Of a stretch of DNA of 64,000 nucleotides, positions 62,501 through 64,000 are shown piece after piece. Each line of letters starts with the position of its first letter. Within the stretch, counting starts at the first letter, position 1. The translations under genes and the position numbers were made by a program. The notes under the pieces are model-generated. The model searched no databases. It was given only the letters and a program-made list of their open reading frames with translations, and was not told where the DNA came from. The DNA comes from Marsupella aquatica (taxonomy: Eukaryota; Plantae; Marchantiophyta): contig OZ316895.1 in the NCBI GenBank assembly GCA_973895155.1, positions 10,776,184 through 10,840,183 on the forward strand, written 5' to 3'.

Positions 62501-64000
62501 GAGTCTTCTACACGAAGGCATGATTACAAGTCAACAGAGTCAGGACCATACAGAGGAGACCGACGAGCCCCAGACAGCCAATAGATACAAACTGCCGTTA
62601 AACCCTTGTCATAGCTGACGAATTTCACCAAAATTTTTCAGCCCGAGAAGAATCTTGTCCCCTGACCACTTGACCATTCAGTTGGCTCGCGCTTCAGGGT
62701 GCAGGGTACAGTAGCTGTGCCGTACTCAAAGCCTCACACATACACGATACCGGTCGACCTACAGCAGTGCAGTAGAGCTCTCCGTGGATCTCGCGTGAGC
62801 CAAGAGTTACGGGGTTGCGCTGACCCAGCTGCCGATCTCATTCCGACGAATCTTCCTCCACTTCCGGAGGTAACTGCTCATGCACTCACTCCATTCACTC
62901 GAGTTCCAGGGCGACAATTCGGGTGAGTAACAAAAGAACGAGGAAGGGAGGGGCTGCATCTACAGTACCTGGCATTTCATCCACACTTGCTGCCCATTTG
63001 CCGTTCCCGTACAGGCATTTCCACAGCATCAGAGCCTGGCTCTTTTTGAACCCAATCGATTCCACCCATGCCTGCCAGAACAAAGTAATCGAAAGCTGTT
63101 ATGATGATAAGGCTGTCGTTTCTGTCTCTCTCTCTGCTCGCGATGGTCATAAAGCTCCTTGTCAAGTCTCTCTCTTGAAGCTCAGAAATCCCAGAGAGAT
63201 TGCTCTTTTAGAAACGAAAACAGAGCCTTGCTCTAGGCAGTTCCATCCCTCTACGGAAATTTGAAAATTCCGTGAAGCAAGACCACAAGGCGATTCATAA
63301 ATCCCACTCTTTCTCTATATCAGATTTCCGGAACGAATTGTGAAACTTGACCCCACGCCCTAGCAGAGAAGCGGCTGAAAAATCTCACCTCCAATTCGCT
63401 GTAGCTCAGATTTCTCAAAATACACTTCTTCTCCACATCTGGTGATATCAGACCCGAGAGCGCAGCTTCTGCTGCGGCATTTATCCATTCCACATCATCC
63501 ACGAAAGTTTAGTGACTTGTCCAACACTATCGCCATTGAAACAGAAGTGACCACGCAAGAAGAAGGCACACAATTCTCAACTGTCCCTTTGTCCCCAAAT
63601 CCCCAAGCAGCCAAGGCATCTCCATCCGCAAAAAATGACCAGTACAATTGTTGTAATGTAAACCCACACGATGATGATCAATCTATGTGGGGATCCAAGA
63701 TGGGCTACCAGCAGAATCTACCATCAGAGGCATTGTGAGGAGGCAATCAAACTTAAATTCAGGGGAGTTCCAGACATCACACAATAAGGGGAGAGAAAAA
63801 GTAACAAAGTGAGTTGCAAACCGCAGAATTGAAGCTTACCAGAGGATTGGGAGACAGCAGATGAGCTACAGCGACGCTGCTGCACCGGAGTTGTGGAGGA
63901 AGGAGGCGATGCTGCAAATGGTAAAGGTGCACTCCTAGTGCTGGATGATGCAGGAAGAGAGTGCAAGGAGGAGAGAGATTGAGCACAGAGAGACACAGCA
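59549..64000 (-). CDS. rlmN: RlmN-type dual-specificity radical-SAM RNA methyltransferase, probably organelle-targeted; start codon lies beyond the window
   Basis: Spliced exons give IETVVIP...[17 protein letters not shown] (CxxxCxxC), [72 protein letters not shown]. The Ser/Pro/Ala-rich first exon (64000-63840) is transit-peptide-like. Confidence 0.93.

Noticed and set aside
63320-63502. MDDVEW... ORF as the RlmN start
   Set aside because: It begins at GTG just after an in-frame TAA that overlaps a branch-point-like CTAA. The exon more likely starts at the NAGNAG acceptor at 63471/63468.

Overview
This is eukaryotic nuclear DNA from a land plant. The short GT-AG introns and gene content suggest a non-seed plant such as a liverwort or other bryophyte, which is an inference. 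Bases 1-15.4 kb are a transposon nest. It holds CACTA (En/Spm)-type TnpD and TnpA-like remnants and a CpG-rich repeat array. It also holds an Athila/Tat-like Ty3/Gypsy structure (tRNA-Asp PBS, gag, integrase tail, PPT) whose pol has been deleted. The apparent 3' LTR of that element (10123-15430) contains a broken ORF of about 1200 codons, interrupted by two MITEs. The nest abuts the last exon of an RPL18a gene. From 16 to 45 kb the window is mostly degraded repeats: five copies window-wide of an 8-bp-TSD MITE family, Helitron-like ends and LTR fragments. A spliced DUF72 gene lies on the minus strand in this region. From 45.8 to 64 kb there are an EGF-containing exostosin (GT47) gene, an unknown 221-aa ORF and an RlmN-type radical-SAM RNA methyltransferase gene. 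The main leads are large ORFs apparently inside LTRs, a hairpin+AAACATAC motif shared by three otherwise dissimilar LTRs, a PIP-box-like tail on DUF72, and a MITE with nested inverted repeats. All calls were made by eye, with no database searches.
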